In this document: one piece after another, positions 40,707 to 49,650 of the stretch
Position numbering within the stretch: position 1 is the first letter of the stretch
Layout of the letters: each line of letters starts with the position of its first letter
IMG/VR virus record: IMGVR_UViG_3300035670_000154
Span: 8,165 to 72,164 of that record
Length of the DNA: 64,000 nt
Origin: a virus
Reading direction: 5' to 3' (one strand)
Program-made: the position numbers and the translations under genes
The notes under the pieces: generated by a model
Databases searched by the model: none
What the model was told of the DNA's origin: nothing
The model's input: the letters and a program-made list of their open reading frames with translations, nothing else

Positions 40707-40913
40707 TCATTTTTCTCTCCTTAGTTTAAATCGCCATGTTTTAAATCGCCATGTGCCATCAGGATATATTTCAATTTTACGTTTCCTACCTTTTTTTGAC
40801 TTTTTAAGGTCTAAAAACATATGTTTAGTGCTATCTGGTATTTTTAGGTCAGATAAACGAGATGATGTGATTTCTATTCCCTGTTTTATGGTATCTACGT
40901 TTTTATCAATCAT
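40707..40913 (-). CDS. basic hypothetical protein with a 15-bp tandem duplication (TWRFK x2)
   Basis: AGGAG RBS; TTTAAATCGCCATGT repeated twice. Confidence 0.6.
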   Translation of the reverse strand: MIDKNVDTIKQGIEITSSRLSDLKIPDSTKHMFLDLKKSKKGRKRKIEIYPDGTWRFKTWRFKLRREK

Positions 40914-41363
40914 TTTTCACTCCTAACGCATTTTAAATTTTTTTTACCACGCAAAACATGGGTCGTCTAGACTTGTAAACCCAGCATTATTAATATTTTT
41001 AAGATCAATTTCGCATTTATCTTTGATCTGTATGTTTATCGTATCATTTGGTCTGATCCACTGTGCGCAACTCCATGTTGAATTTCTAAGTTCTTCGCGG
41101 CTCAGCTCTATTTTTTGTCTCCAAATAACTTTACCACTCTCTTCGTGCCCACAAAGCATGAAATTATCAACTTCTGTTGTAGCAAGGCATTGAAGTGACA
41201 TGCGAAATAAAAATTCATCTATAATTTTAAAATACAAATCACGTGTATTGTTTATCATATATTCTCCATTGCGCATCAGTAATAACGCTCTTGAGTAACC
41301 ACCTGGCAGCAAACGATATGGATATTGATTATGATTCATTTTTCACTCCTAACGCATTTTAAA
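40910..41363. repeat. 28-bp perfect direct repeat (40910-40937 / 41336-41363)
   Basis: TCATTTTTCACTCCTAACGCATTTTAAA at both sites. Confidence 0.95.
40944..41339 (-). CDS. hypothetical protein
   Basis: 131-aa ORF with RBS, flanked by the 28-bp repeat. Confidence 0.65.
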   Translation of the reverse strand: MNHNQYPYRLLPGGYSRALLLMRNGEYMINNTRDLYFKIIDEFLFRMSLQCLATTEVDNFMLCGHEESGKVIWRQKIELSREELRNSTWSCAQWIRPNDTINIQIKDKCEIDLKNINNAGFTSLDDPCFAW

Positions 41364-41569
41364 AGCTGGTTATATCTAACCAACACATCCTCAGCGTGCT
41401 CACGAACGCGAACGCACTGAGTATCAATCGATTCGCTTTGATCGATGTTAAGCGGCTCAATATCCTGCGCTATCGTTGCGCATCGAATCGATGTTTGATC
41501 GATACTTGATTGCTTTGTTGTTGTGCAAGATGCTAACAAAATAAACGGCGCAATAAAAAACACTCTCAT
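41336..41569 (-). CDS. lipoprotein, o-spanin (Rz1) candidate
   Basis: MRVFFIAPFILLASC lipobox; Cys residues; C-terminal helix RYNQLLKCV. Confidence 0.55.
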   Translation of the reverse strand: MRVFFIAPFILLASCTTTKQSSIDQTSIRCATIAQDIEPLNIDQSESIDTQCVRVREHAEDVLVRYNQLLKCVRSEK

Positions 41570-41570
41570 C

Positions 41571-42041
41571 TTAAAAATTCCCCCAAGCACATTGCAAGCA
41601 AACCAAACCTTGCTCTCTCCACATATCAACGACGCGCTGCCTATCATCTATGCAAAACAACACATCATAAAATGGCTCAATATGCTGTTCGTAAATTTCC
41701 TTTTTTACAATCGCATCATTTCTAAAATCACCGTCTTTTCTCATAAATAACCCAGAGTAAAGAACATCATGTTTTAAAAGCCATTCTTCTGTTGCCTCTC
41801 TATATCTTTCAGGGCGACCGCTAACAAGAATAACATCCATACATTGAACAGCTTTCCCGGAATTGAATCGCCATAAAATATCGTAGCACCAGGTATTTAT
41901 TGGATCATTCGGTATTCCAGCATAAAAAGACCTCCAATCCTTTGGCTTTTGCTCCATAAAATGTTTTCTATGGTCTGTGTTGCATAACGTTCCGTCAAGA
42001 TCACAGATTATAATTTTTTCTTTATTCAATTTTTTGCCCAT
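41571..42041 (-). CDS. HAD phosphatase (PNKP 3'-phosphatase-like)
   Basis: CDLDGTL, VSGR, MRKDGDFR.D..VK, DDRQRVVDMWR. Confidence 0.9.
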   Translation of the reverse strand: MGKKLNKEKIIICDLDGTLCNTDHRKHFMEQKPKDWRSFYAGIPNDPINTWCYDILWRFNSGKAVQCMDVILVSGRPERYREATEEWLLKHDVLYSGLFMRKDGDFRNDAIVKKEIYEQHIEPFYDVLFCIDDRQRVVDMWREQGLVCLQCAWGNF

Positions 42042-42348
42042 AATAAAAACCTTCGCAACTAACCTGTATATTGGACTTATTATAGCATTTATTATCAATC
42101 ACCTCAACCGTAGTTTCTTTTGTTTGGCATAAAGCTCGACGCATTGTTCTTTCGCACTGCAAAACCAAGTCTTCACCCTCTTCATCGCTTAATGGATTCG
42201 CTGCTTTTGCGCATTCAACAACATATTTTGCGAAAACCTCTTCTTTGCCTGAACAATCATTTTCAATCTTAAATAAGATTGTTGGCGAAGAATCTTGTTC
42301 ACACCCAACTAAAAGAAATAAAAAAATAAGACTAAATATATTTATCAT
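42022..42348 (-). CDS. lipoprotein
   Basis: lipobox LVGC; CAKAANPLSDEEGEDLV.QC. Confidence 0.65.
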   Translation of the reverse strand: MINIFSLIFLFLLVGCEQDSSPTILFKIENDCSGKEEVFAKYVVECAKAANPLSDEEGEDLVLQCERTMRRALCQTKETTVEVIDNKCYNKSNIQVSCEGFYYGQKIE

Positions 42349-42361
42349 TGTTTTATGTTTC

Positions 42362-42568
42362 TTAATTTGTTTCATTTGCTTCCACCTCTCTAACTAAACG
42401 TGCACGAATGCTAATAAATTCAACGTTATCATCAAAGTCATGGAAATTTAAAAAACCGATGTAACGCGCTTTTCTTGCCGTCTTCGCTTTGATTCTTGAC
42501 GGCACACTAGAATGATGTACCCCATCATCAAAAACCAAGTCTTTAATCCAAACATCATATTCATTCAT
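42362..42568 (-). CDS. hypothetical protein
   Basis: 68 aa; A.TA.KARY motif. Confidence 0.6.
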   Translation of the reverse strand: MNEYDVWIKDLVFDDGVHHSSVPSRIKAKTARKARYIGFLNFHDFDDNVEFISIRARLVREVEANETN

Positions 42569-42777
42569 TTACATTCCCCACCAGTCGCTTCCTCATAATC
42601 GACATCAACATAAATTTCTACGTAAGTAAAAAATATTAACTTGCGTACGAAGACTGTAATATCATTATATTCATAATAGTTATTTTTAATAAAGCTTTCT
42701 ACCTTTTTTTTAATAAAATAACCTTTTTTTCTGTCTTTCCCAAAAATAAAAACTGAATGTTTGAAACTTAAAACCAT
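42565..42777 (-). CDS. hypothetical protein whose C-terminus copies the upstream gene end
   Basis: AAGGAG RBS; DYEEATGGECK versus DYAEATGGGCK. Confidence 0.6.
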   Translation of the reverse strand: MVLSFKHSVFIFGKDRKKGYFIKKKVESFIKNNYYEYNDITVFVRKLIFFTYVEIYVDVDYEEATGGECK

Positions 42778-42794
42778 TTTTACTCCTTAAAAAA

Positions 42795-43151
42795 TTATTT
42801 ACACCCACCGCCAGTCGCTTCCGCATAATCACAAATCCCCTGCATAATCACCTGCTCTGCATCGGTTGGGCGATCACACTTATATGTGCCTTTTAAAGCA
42901 TCGTAATGCTTATTTAAAACCGCGTTTTTAGCGTTTAAAACAGCCAGCTTTTGGCTTAGATCATACTGATTCAATATCGCTTCTTTTTGGGATTCTATTA
43001 GCTCTGCTTTTGAGTTGTTTGCGTTGTTTAACTCCACTCTCAGCTCAAGATACTTTTGCTCAAAATCGTTTGCGCGCTTTATCGTTGTGACTAAAAATGA
43101 GATTGAAAATAACGCACAAAAAATAATCAGATGTTTTTTAAACTTGCTCAT
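42795..43151 (-). CDS. i-spanin (Rz) candidate
   Basis: N-terminal TM, long coiled coil, Cys-containing C-terminus. Confidence 0.55.
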   Translation of the reverse strand: MSKFKKHLIIFCALFSISFLVTTIKRANDFEQKYLELRVELNNANNSKAELIESQKEAILNQYDLSQKLAVLNAKNAVLNKHYDALKGTYKCDRPTDAEQVIMQGICDYAEATGGGCK

Positions 43152-43153
43152 TT

Positions 43154-43318
43154 TTAATCCTTTAATTGAACACAAACTTCACCATCGCAAACAACTGGAT
43201 AATTGATTGGATTTGCTGGTACCAGCGCATTTGATGCTGGCTGGTTAATCACCTGATCTTGATAACTAGGGTCTCCGCAGGCTGTTAAAACAAGCGCTAA
43301 AAATAAAAACTTAATCAT
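43154..43318 (-). CDS. small lipoprotein
   Basis: MIKFLFLALVLTAC lipobox. Confidence 0.6.
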   Translation of the reverse strand: MIKFLFLALVLTACGDPSYQDQVINQPASNALVPANPINYPVVCDGEVCVQLKD

Positions 43319-43329
43319 TTTGACTCTCC

Positions 43330-43716
43330 TTAATCTAACCAAGACTCTCTAACCCAAGCGTATGGATTTTCTTCAGCTAAAAGCTCCAATGTATATCTAG
43401 CTACATCATTCCATTCGTTCTCTGAATATGATAAATCTAGTTTTGATGTTTTGTATCTAACATCATATTCAAGACCAGTTTCTTCTGCATTTGTATCACC
43501 ATAAGGATAAGATTCACATGTTTTTTTAACACCAAGTAAAAATGGGTACTGTTGAAAAAATATAAAATTAACGTTAGAAAAATATATTCTTGTTGGATAT
43601 TCAGAGCTATCTATATCAGCATCAAAATTTAAAGAATCAACGCAAAACGGTATTCCTGGATATTTTGTAGCCAGCACCATAGCTTTTGATAAGAAAACCT
43701 GCCTCATTCCTTCCAT
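43330..43716 (-). CDS. hypothetical protein
   Basis: GAAAGGA RBS before MEGMRQ. Confidence 0.6.
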   Translation of the reverse strand: MEGMRQVFLSKAMVLATKYPGIPFCVDSLNFDADIDSSEYPTRIYFSNVNFIFFQQYPFLLGVKKTCESYPYGDTNAEETGLEYDVRYKTSKLDLSYSENEWNDVARYTLELLAEENPYAWVRESWLD

Positions 43717-43946
43717 TTTTATTCCTTTCATTCAATCTCAATTATTTGCCAACCTTTTGTTGCTGACTCAACATCTTCTTTGTTAATCCAGCCGCAAGCA
43801 GTATGGTTTCCTATGCTACCATCTTCATTAAGTGAAACAATATCACCAACTAAAAACTCTTTTTTCTTACTTGATTTTACAACTTTGTATTTTTTGTTAG
43901 TTTCCATTTTAATCTATTTCAAAATAATTAAAGTAAAACATTATAC

Positions 43947-43974
43947 CATATTCCCGACATCAGGAATATGGTTA
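43947..43974 (-). terminator. hairpin after ssb, overlapping a TGnTATAAT -10 element
   Basis: ACCATATTCC-N8-GGAATATGGT. Confidence 0.55.
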
Positions 43975-43982
43975 TCATTGTT

Positions 43983-44423
43983 TTAAAATGGAATATCATC
44001 GTCTAAACCACTCGTATCAACTCCTTTTTTATTCACGGAAACTGACCTCTGGGCAGGTTGTGAGGCAGCATTGTTTTCAGCGCTGTTATTTTCTTTGCTA
44101 TCTAACATTTGCATTTGATCAGCAACAATCTCTGTAGTATAGCGATCTTGACCAGACTTATCTTGCCACTTTCTAGTCTTTAGCTTACCCTCAAGATAAA
44201 CTTTCGAGCCTTTTTTGAGATATTTTCCAGCTATCTCTGCTAGTTGTTTATAGATAACAATTCTATGCCATTCTGTTGCGTCTTTATTTTCACCAGTTGC
44301 TTTATCTTTCCATCGTTCTGTTGTAGCCAATGAAAAATTAGCCACAGCATCGCCGTTTGGCATATATTTAACCTCAGGCGCATCACCCAAATTACCAATT
44401 AAAATTACTTTATTTACTGCCAT
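43983..44423 (-). CDS. ssb: single-stranded DNA-binding protein
   Basis: [32 protein letters not shown]-terminal DDIPF. Confidence 0.97.
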   Translation of the reverse strand: MAVNKVILIGNLGDAPEVKYMPNGDAVANFSLATTERWKDKATGENKDATEWHRIVIYKQLAEIAGKYLKKGSKVYLEGKLKTRKWQDKSGQDRYTTEIVADQMQMLDSKENNSAENNAASQPAQRSVSVNKKGVDTSGLDDDIPF

Positions 44424-44439
44424 TTTTTCCACTCCTTAA

Positions 44440-44925
44440 TTAAAACCAACCACACAAATATCTTTTTGCAATTAAATGAACCTCATCGCCAGTTTCTTTA
44501 GCATCAAAAATAGCGCATTTATCGCCTTCTGAAGCCTCTGAAACATAAACAATTTTACTTCCATCCATAGGAAAAAGACTTCCTTTATATCCATAAAGTT
44601 GTTTTCCAATTACATATTGGCATTGCTCTAAAAGATTGCCTACAGTTACATGCTTTTCAGTTTTTGATATGTCTATTGATAAGTTTTCATACCCACCTCT
44701 AAATGATACAAAACACGAAAAACATTCATCAACATGTCCGCTTTGATAAACAAAACTTCGATCTAATACATTTGGATAAGCAACAGAACCATCACTATAA
44801 ACTATTTTAACTTTCTTGTCTTTATCTAATGACGCAAGTTTGCCAATTAACTCATATAAACGCAATGGCTCTACGTCATATTGATCTATCCTATCAAGCG
44901 CTCTCCATTGTTCTTCATTCATCAT
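44440..44925 (-). CDS. conserved phage hypothetical protein
   Basis: SFRGGYENL..GYKG motif. Confidence 0.65.
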   Translation of the reverse strand: MMNEEQWRALDRIDQYDVEPLRLYELIGKLASLDKDKKVKIVYSDGSVAYPNVLDRSFVYQSGHVDECFSCFVSFRGGYENLSIDISKTEKHVTVGNLLEQCQYVIGKQLYGYKGSLFPMDGSKIVYVSEASEGDKCAIFDAKETGDEVHLIAKRYLCGWF

Positions 44926-45859
44926 TTTCTCCTATTGGCATCAAGCTAGATTCCTGCTCTTTTGTTAAGAAAAAACCATCTTCTGCTAAATCTTTTTTAA
45001 ATTTATCGACATCACACGTCCCATTTGAAAAATAAAACTCGCTTTTTAAATTAAATAGATCATCGCTTAGTGGTATCAATTCTTTTTTTACCAAAATACT
45101 GTTTATTTCATCGATTTGTTCTTTACTTAAATCCGCATCAGACAAATCAGCCCTAGAAAAATCCGCATCTGACAAATCAGCACCAGACAAATCAGCACCA
45201 GACAAATCAGCATCAGACAAATCAGCACCAGACAGACCTGCTTTAGATAAATTCGCTTTAGACAGATTCGCTTTAGACAGCTTTGCTTTATACAGATACG
45301 CACCAGACAAATCCGCCTTACTTAAATCCGCACAACACAAATCCGCCTTACTTAAATCCGCACAACACAAATCCGCCTTACTTAAATTCGCACCAGACAA
45401 ATCCGCACCATACAAATTCGCACCAGATAAATTCGCACCAGACAAATTAGCATATGACAAATCAGCACCACACAGACTTGCTTTAGATAAATTCGCTTTA
45501 GACAGATTCGCTTTAGACAGCTTTGCTTTATACAGATACGCACCAGACAAATCAGCACCACGTAAATCAGCATATGACAAATCAGCACCACACAGACTTG
45601 CTTTAGATAAATTCGCTTTAGACAGATTCGCTTTAGACAGCTTTGCTTTATACAGATACGCACCAGACAAATCAGCACCACGTAAATCAGCATCTGACAA
45701 ATATGCACCACACAGATTTGCTTTAGATAAAGATATTTTTTGCTTAACCGCCTCTTCTACTGTTAGTTTTATAGTATTGTTTTTACACTCAAATGAATAT
45801 ATGCTACTTCCTGTATACAAATTTTTGATTTCTAACGAAATCACATTATTAACAGCCAT
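44915..45859 (-). CDS. pentapeptide repeat protein
   Basis: about 40 A(D/N)L(S/C/Y)(G/K) units; includes 120-bp and 30-bp DNA-level duplications. Confidence 0.95.
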   Translation of the reverse strand: MAVNNVISLEIKNLYTGSSIYSFECKNNTIKLTVEEAVKQKISLSKANLCGAYLSDADLRGADLSGAYLYKAKLSKANLSKANLSKASLCGADLSYADLRGADLSGAYLYKAKLSKANLSKANLSKASLCGADLSYANLSGANLSGANLYGADLSGANLSKADLCCADLSKADLCCADLSKADLSGAYLYKAKLSKANLSKANLSKAGLSGADLSDADLSGADLSGADLSDADFSRADLSDADLSKEQIDEINSILVKKELIPLSDDLFNLKSEFYFSNGTCDVDKFKKDLAEDGFFLTKEQESSLMPIGENDE

Positions 45860-45863
45860 TTTT

Positions 45864-46319
45864 TTATCCTTTCATTTCAAATTCTTCTATCGCAGCTTGT
45901 GCCGCTGCGAGAGTGTCTTTATGTCTAGCCAAGTCTTGCTCTAGGCGCTCAACCTCTTTTTTTGCTTTGTATAACTTTTCAGAAAAATAAGAAACGTTAA
46001 TTTCTGCAACATCCAAAAGACAATAACGCCTGGATGTGTGAAAAAAAAATTCACGATCACTGTTCTGATGCCAGCGTTCCTGGCTATTTTCCTCGTCATC
46101 GTTAATTTGTCTTATGAACTTAAATTTGTTTCCATTGGTTGGTGCAATCAAAAGCTGACAATTCCAGTCGTGTTTGCAGGTTTGATCCTCAACAACGTAC
46201 TGTTTGCCGTTCTTGGTGTCATGGACTTCAATAACTACAACTTCATGAATGCCTGACCTGCCGATGACGGCGCTATCGACATATCTCCACAGCTTATCGC
46301 CAATTTTTAAATCAATCAT
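45864..46319 (-). CDS. hypothetical protein, paralog of 38919-39368
   Basis: aligns with 38919-39368; GGAGG RBS before MIDLKIG. Confidence 0.8.
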   Translation of the reverse strand: MIDLKIGDKLWRYVDSAVIGRSGIHEVVVIEVHDTKNGKQYVVEDQTCKHDWNCQLLIAPTNGNKFKFIRQINDDEENSQERWHQNSDREFFFHTSRRYCLLDVAEINVSYFSEKLYKAKKEVERLEQDLARHKDTLAAAQAAIEEFEMKG

Positions 46320-46404
46320 TTTTTTCCTCCCTAAAATCACCTGTAAAAAACCATTCCTCTTCTTGATCTTGCCACTGTCTTTGATCTTCTTCCATTTTTA
46401 TCTC

Positions 46405-46890
46405 CTATTTAATTAAAATCTTCTGTGTCTCTTTTAAATAAACACCATCTATAGCCATACCTGATTCCAAAGCTGCTTTTAATTTTGTTTTTGATGGCTC
46501 AGGTGGTTTTGGGTCATTTAAATATTCAGTTGGTATTACAGCGTCATCCTCAATAATAACACTTTTTGATATACCAGACAAAGACGCGTAAAAAGAACCA
46601 TCAGTAGCTTCTATTTTTTTTGTCTGGTTTTGAATCATAATTGATTTTAGATAATCTTTTAAAGAATCAATTTTGTTGATTTTAACCTCTTTTTTTGCCT
46701 GTAAGTCTTTTATTGTATTGCTTAAATTATCAACAATAATTTGTTGATTTTTAATATAAGCAACTACAGCACGCATTTTTTCATGAAGCTCCGCTTTAGC
46801 CGCATTGAACCCTTCAATATCAATCTCACCTGTTTCTTGGTCAATAAAACGCTCTAAATTAACTAGTTCTAATGCTTTGTATAAATTCAT
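46405..46890 (-). CDS. Siphovirus Gp157-family protein
   Basis: D.ETGEI, K..AVVAYIKN, LKDYL, IPTEY, P.KT.LK.AL..G..IDG. Confidence 0.85.
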   Translation of the reverse strand: MNLYKALELVNLERFIDQETGEIDIEGFNAAKAELHEKMRAVVAYIKNQQIIVDNLSNTIKDLQAKKEVKINKIDSLKDYLKSIMIQNQTKKIEATDGSFYASLSGISKSVIIEDDAVIPTEYLNDPKPPEPSKTKLKAALESGMAIDGVYLKETQKILIK

Positions 46891-46903
46891 AATATTTTCA
46901 TCC

Positions 46904-47671
46904 TTAATGGTTGCTAAAATCAAGCAAATTCATCTCCCATCTTGTTATTACAGATGGCAATAGATTTGCATATAATCTTCTTTTTTTAACCTCATCATCT
47001 TTTTCTTTTTTTTCCATATTGAACTTAAATGTTGGCAATATATCTCTTTCTATTTTTCTAATAAAATCCGTATATTCTCTCAATAATGAAACAACATCAT
47101 TGTCTAAATTATTGTACCATGAAAGCTCAAGTTTTTCGTATTTATTAACAACGACATGATGTGCATCAACAATTCTTATTGAAAATAAATTATAAACAAA
47201 TCGTTTTAGACCAGTAATCCACAAATAAGCTCTCCATTGATATGAGTTAAGATATCTTTCAATATCAACCTTGCTTGTAAATTTTAGGTCGTGTACGGTT
47301 GTTGCGGATATAGCATCAACCTTACCTACCAAAAACATATCATCTAAACTCCTTTTAAATGAGACCTCCCTTTTTTCTGGCAGGCTAATTGTTTCATCAA
47401 TATACCAAAAAACAGTAACATCATTAACACCATCGTCATTCACAGTAGAGTCTTCTGGTAATTCTGAAAATCCAGCCTCTTCTATCATTTTGTGTAATAT
47501 TGATCCAATTCTCATTGCATCAGTTTGTTTTTTTTCCCCATAAAGTTTGTTGATGTACATATCTAAAGTATATTCACAAACACCATCTTCTTCAGGTATA
47601 TAAATCTCTCCTTTTTTGAAGGCTATAAACTCATCAAGCAAAGATGCTGAAAATGGATTTCTTAATTTCAT
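46904..47671 (-). CDS. PD-(D/E)XK exonuclease (recombination)
   Basis: M..G..H..IE, GKVDAI..HDLK, SYQWRAY. Confidence 0.75.
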   Translation of the reverse strand: MKLRNPFSASLLDEFIAFKKGEIYIPEEDGVCEYTLDMYINKLYGEKKQTDAMRIGSILHKMIEEAGFSELPEDSTVNDDGVNDVTVFWYIDETISLPEKREVSFKRSLDDMFLVGKVDAISATTVHDLKFTSKVDIERYLNSYQWRAYLWITGLKRFVYNLFSIRIVDAHHVVVNKYEKLELSWYNNLDNDVVSLLREYTDFIRKIERDILPTFKFNMEKKEKDDEVKKRRLYANLLPSVITRWEMNLLDFSNH

Positions 47672-48582
47672 TTTTGCTCCACATGTAATTCGCTTTGCTT
47701 CTCCTCAAAAGCATTTTTATCTTTATTGTAAGAGAAGCCAAGCTCTTTTGTTCTATCTAAAAAAGCTCTTTTAATAACAATTCCTTTTGATGAAAAATAC
47801 GACAACTTGTTATTAGCATCATCAATTGTTAATATTTTTGATATTTCAGCAATATCATTATTAAATTCTTTTTCTGCCGCGATTTGAGCTTCTGTCATTT
47901 CATTCATTTTTAATTTTGCTTCAGATATTATTGATGCAAACCATGATTGATCTGTCTTCCAATCTGGTATTTGTAGCATAGGGAAATTAACACAATTTTT
48001 TCCTGTATATCTATCAGTTGGGTTAAAATCAATCGTTCTTTTTCCGTTTTTTATACAAACATATCCAATAAAATCAGACAATCTGATTATTTCTGACTTT
48101 GTTGCGCCTGGCACATCAATTCTCATTGTCGTGTCGTCACCGTCTTTCTCCTCCTTCGCATGGGCAATAAGAATAATGTCTTTTCCAAAAGACCTTATTT
48201 TTGATAGCCACTGAGAAAAAGCAGTTTTAAGTGCGCCATATCCTTGTAGTGTTAGCTCACCAGTGCTTCTCATTAATTTTGGGTTTGAGCTTGATAGTGA
48301 TATTGCACACATTTCAAGTGCTCTTGCTACAGTATCTATAACTATAGTGTCGTACCCATCAAAATCTGACTGAGATAGTCCTGAAACATCACTCCATGAA
48401 TCTGGTATTACCGTATCCTTTCTTCCTATAGACCTTTGAGCACCTCTATCAAAATCAAACATTAATGGGCGACTTGCAGAAAATGCTATAGATGACTTCC
48501 CAGAACCAGGGTCTCCAAAAATCTGAAAAATCAGGTTTTTTACTTCTATTTTATCTGCCGCTCTTACAATTTTTAAAGCCAT
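47668..48582 (-). CDS. Sak4-like AAA ATPase (single-strand annealing recombinase)
   Basis: GDPGSGKS, FDFDRG, IVIDT, LQGYG.L, IAH, D..GY. Confidence 0.85.
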   Translation of the reverse strand: MALKIVRAADKIEVKNLIFQIFGDPGSGKSSIAFSASRPLMFDFDRGAQRSIGRKDTVIPDSWSDVSGLSQSDFDGYDTIVIDTVARALEMCAISLSSSNPKLMRSTGELTLQGYGALKTAFSQWLSKIRSFGKDIILIAHAKEEKDGDDTTMRIDVPGATKSEIIRLSDFIGYVCIKNGKRTIDFNPTDRYTGKNCVNFPMLQIPDWKTDQSWFASIISEAKLKMNEMTEAQIAAEKEFNNDIAEISKILTIDDANNKLSYFSSKGIVIKRAFLDRTKELGFSYNKDKNAFEEKQSELHVEQK

Positions 48583-48676
48583 TTTTATCTCCTAAGTATT
48601 AAAAAATCACATATTAGCATAATTTACATATTTTTTGTAATTGCCGCAAGTATTCTTTTGTTTGATTCATCGGCAC

Positions 48677-48850
48677 TGTTTTTAACCCCAATTTTACGAC
48701 TTTTTGTTTTCCATCAATCTCTTGACGAGCTGTCTCTGTTTTTGCTCTACACGCCACAATAACGTGCATTTTTGAAGAAACAATAGCTTCTAAAAACGCA
48801 TTGTGTCTTGGTGTTATTTCTTTCCAAGCCCTCCATGTATCACCCTTATT
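48677..48850 (-). pseudogene. internal fragment of a second, different Sak4-like ATPase
   Basis: NKGDTWRAWKEITPRHNAFLEAIVSSKMHVIVACRAKTETARQEIDGKQKVVKLGLKT; no N-terminal start or Walker A. Confidence 0.7.
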
Positions 48851-48899
48851 AATTTATTTTGTCGTATAATGCAAGCCTTGTTTGTTTTAGGAGAAAAAA

Positions 48900-49650
48900 C
48901 ATGAGATGTTATGACGAAAATGATGCTATCAAATACTCTTCAATCAATGCCGCTGTTTTACTTTGGCACATAAGGTTCTGGGTAGCAAAAAATAAAGCGA
49001 ATGAAAAACATTTTTATGATGGTAGATATTGGACATATAACAGCGTAAAAGCATTCTCTGAGCTTTTTCCTGAGTTTACAAAAAGCCAAATATCTATTGC
49101 TTTAAAAAAACTTGAGGATTGCGGTGCGATAGTAACTGGAAACTATAACTCATCCCCTTATGATAGAACAAAGTGGTATGCTTTAGCCGATGAAAACGAT
49201 TTAACGAAAAACGAAAATGGAAATAAAAGTGATGAAAAATCTACTAATAAAGTAACAGATATAAAACCAAATATAAAAACAGATATAGACATACACCAAG
49301 GTGATGTTGATGATGAAACATGGGGTAAATTTAAAACTCAAATGAAATCAAGAAAAAAGAAAATTACACAAGATTGGGTTGATGATGTAAAAAGAGAAGC
49401 GGATATTGCAGAAAAAGATGGTACACTTAACGCCTTTTTAATTGAAAAGGGAATTGAAATTGGATCGAAAACTCCTTTTTATAAGGCTATTATTGTTTGT
49501 GTAAGAAAGCAATGGCTTAGTTTTCAAGCTGATTATCTTAATAATCAGTCATACAAAAAGCCAGTTGAAACAGAATCAAATAGGCATCACAATAAGGATC
49601 GTTTTGGCGATCTAAGTAGGTTTTATTATCAACAAAGAGGTGGTGAATAA
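48900..49650 (+). CDS. replication initiator (winged-helix N-terminus)
   Basis: DGRYWTYNS..F..LFP..I..AL.KL..G.I.TGNYN..YDRTKWY; AGGAG RBS before MRCYD (ATG about 48901). Confidence 0.8.

Noticed and set aside
45382-45711. Cys/Ile-rich repetitive 109-aa ORF
   Set aside because: It is an off-frame shadow of the pentapeptide repeats.
49185-49290. Replication-origin iterons inside the initiator gene
   Set aside because: Only short A-rich near-repeats (ACGAAAA, GATGAAAA) are present; too weak in an AT-rich genome.
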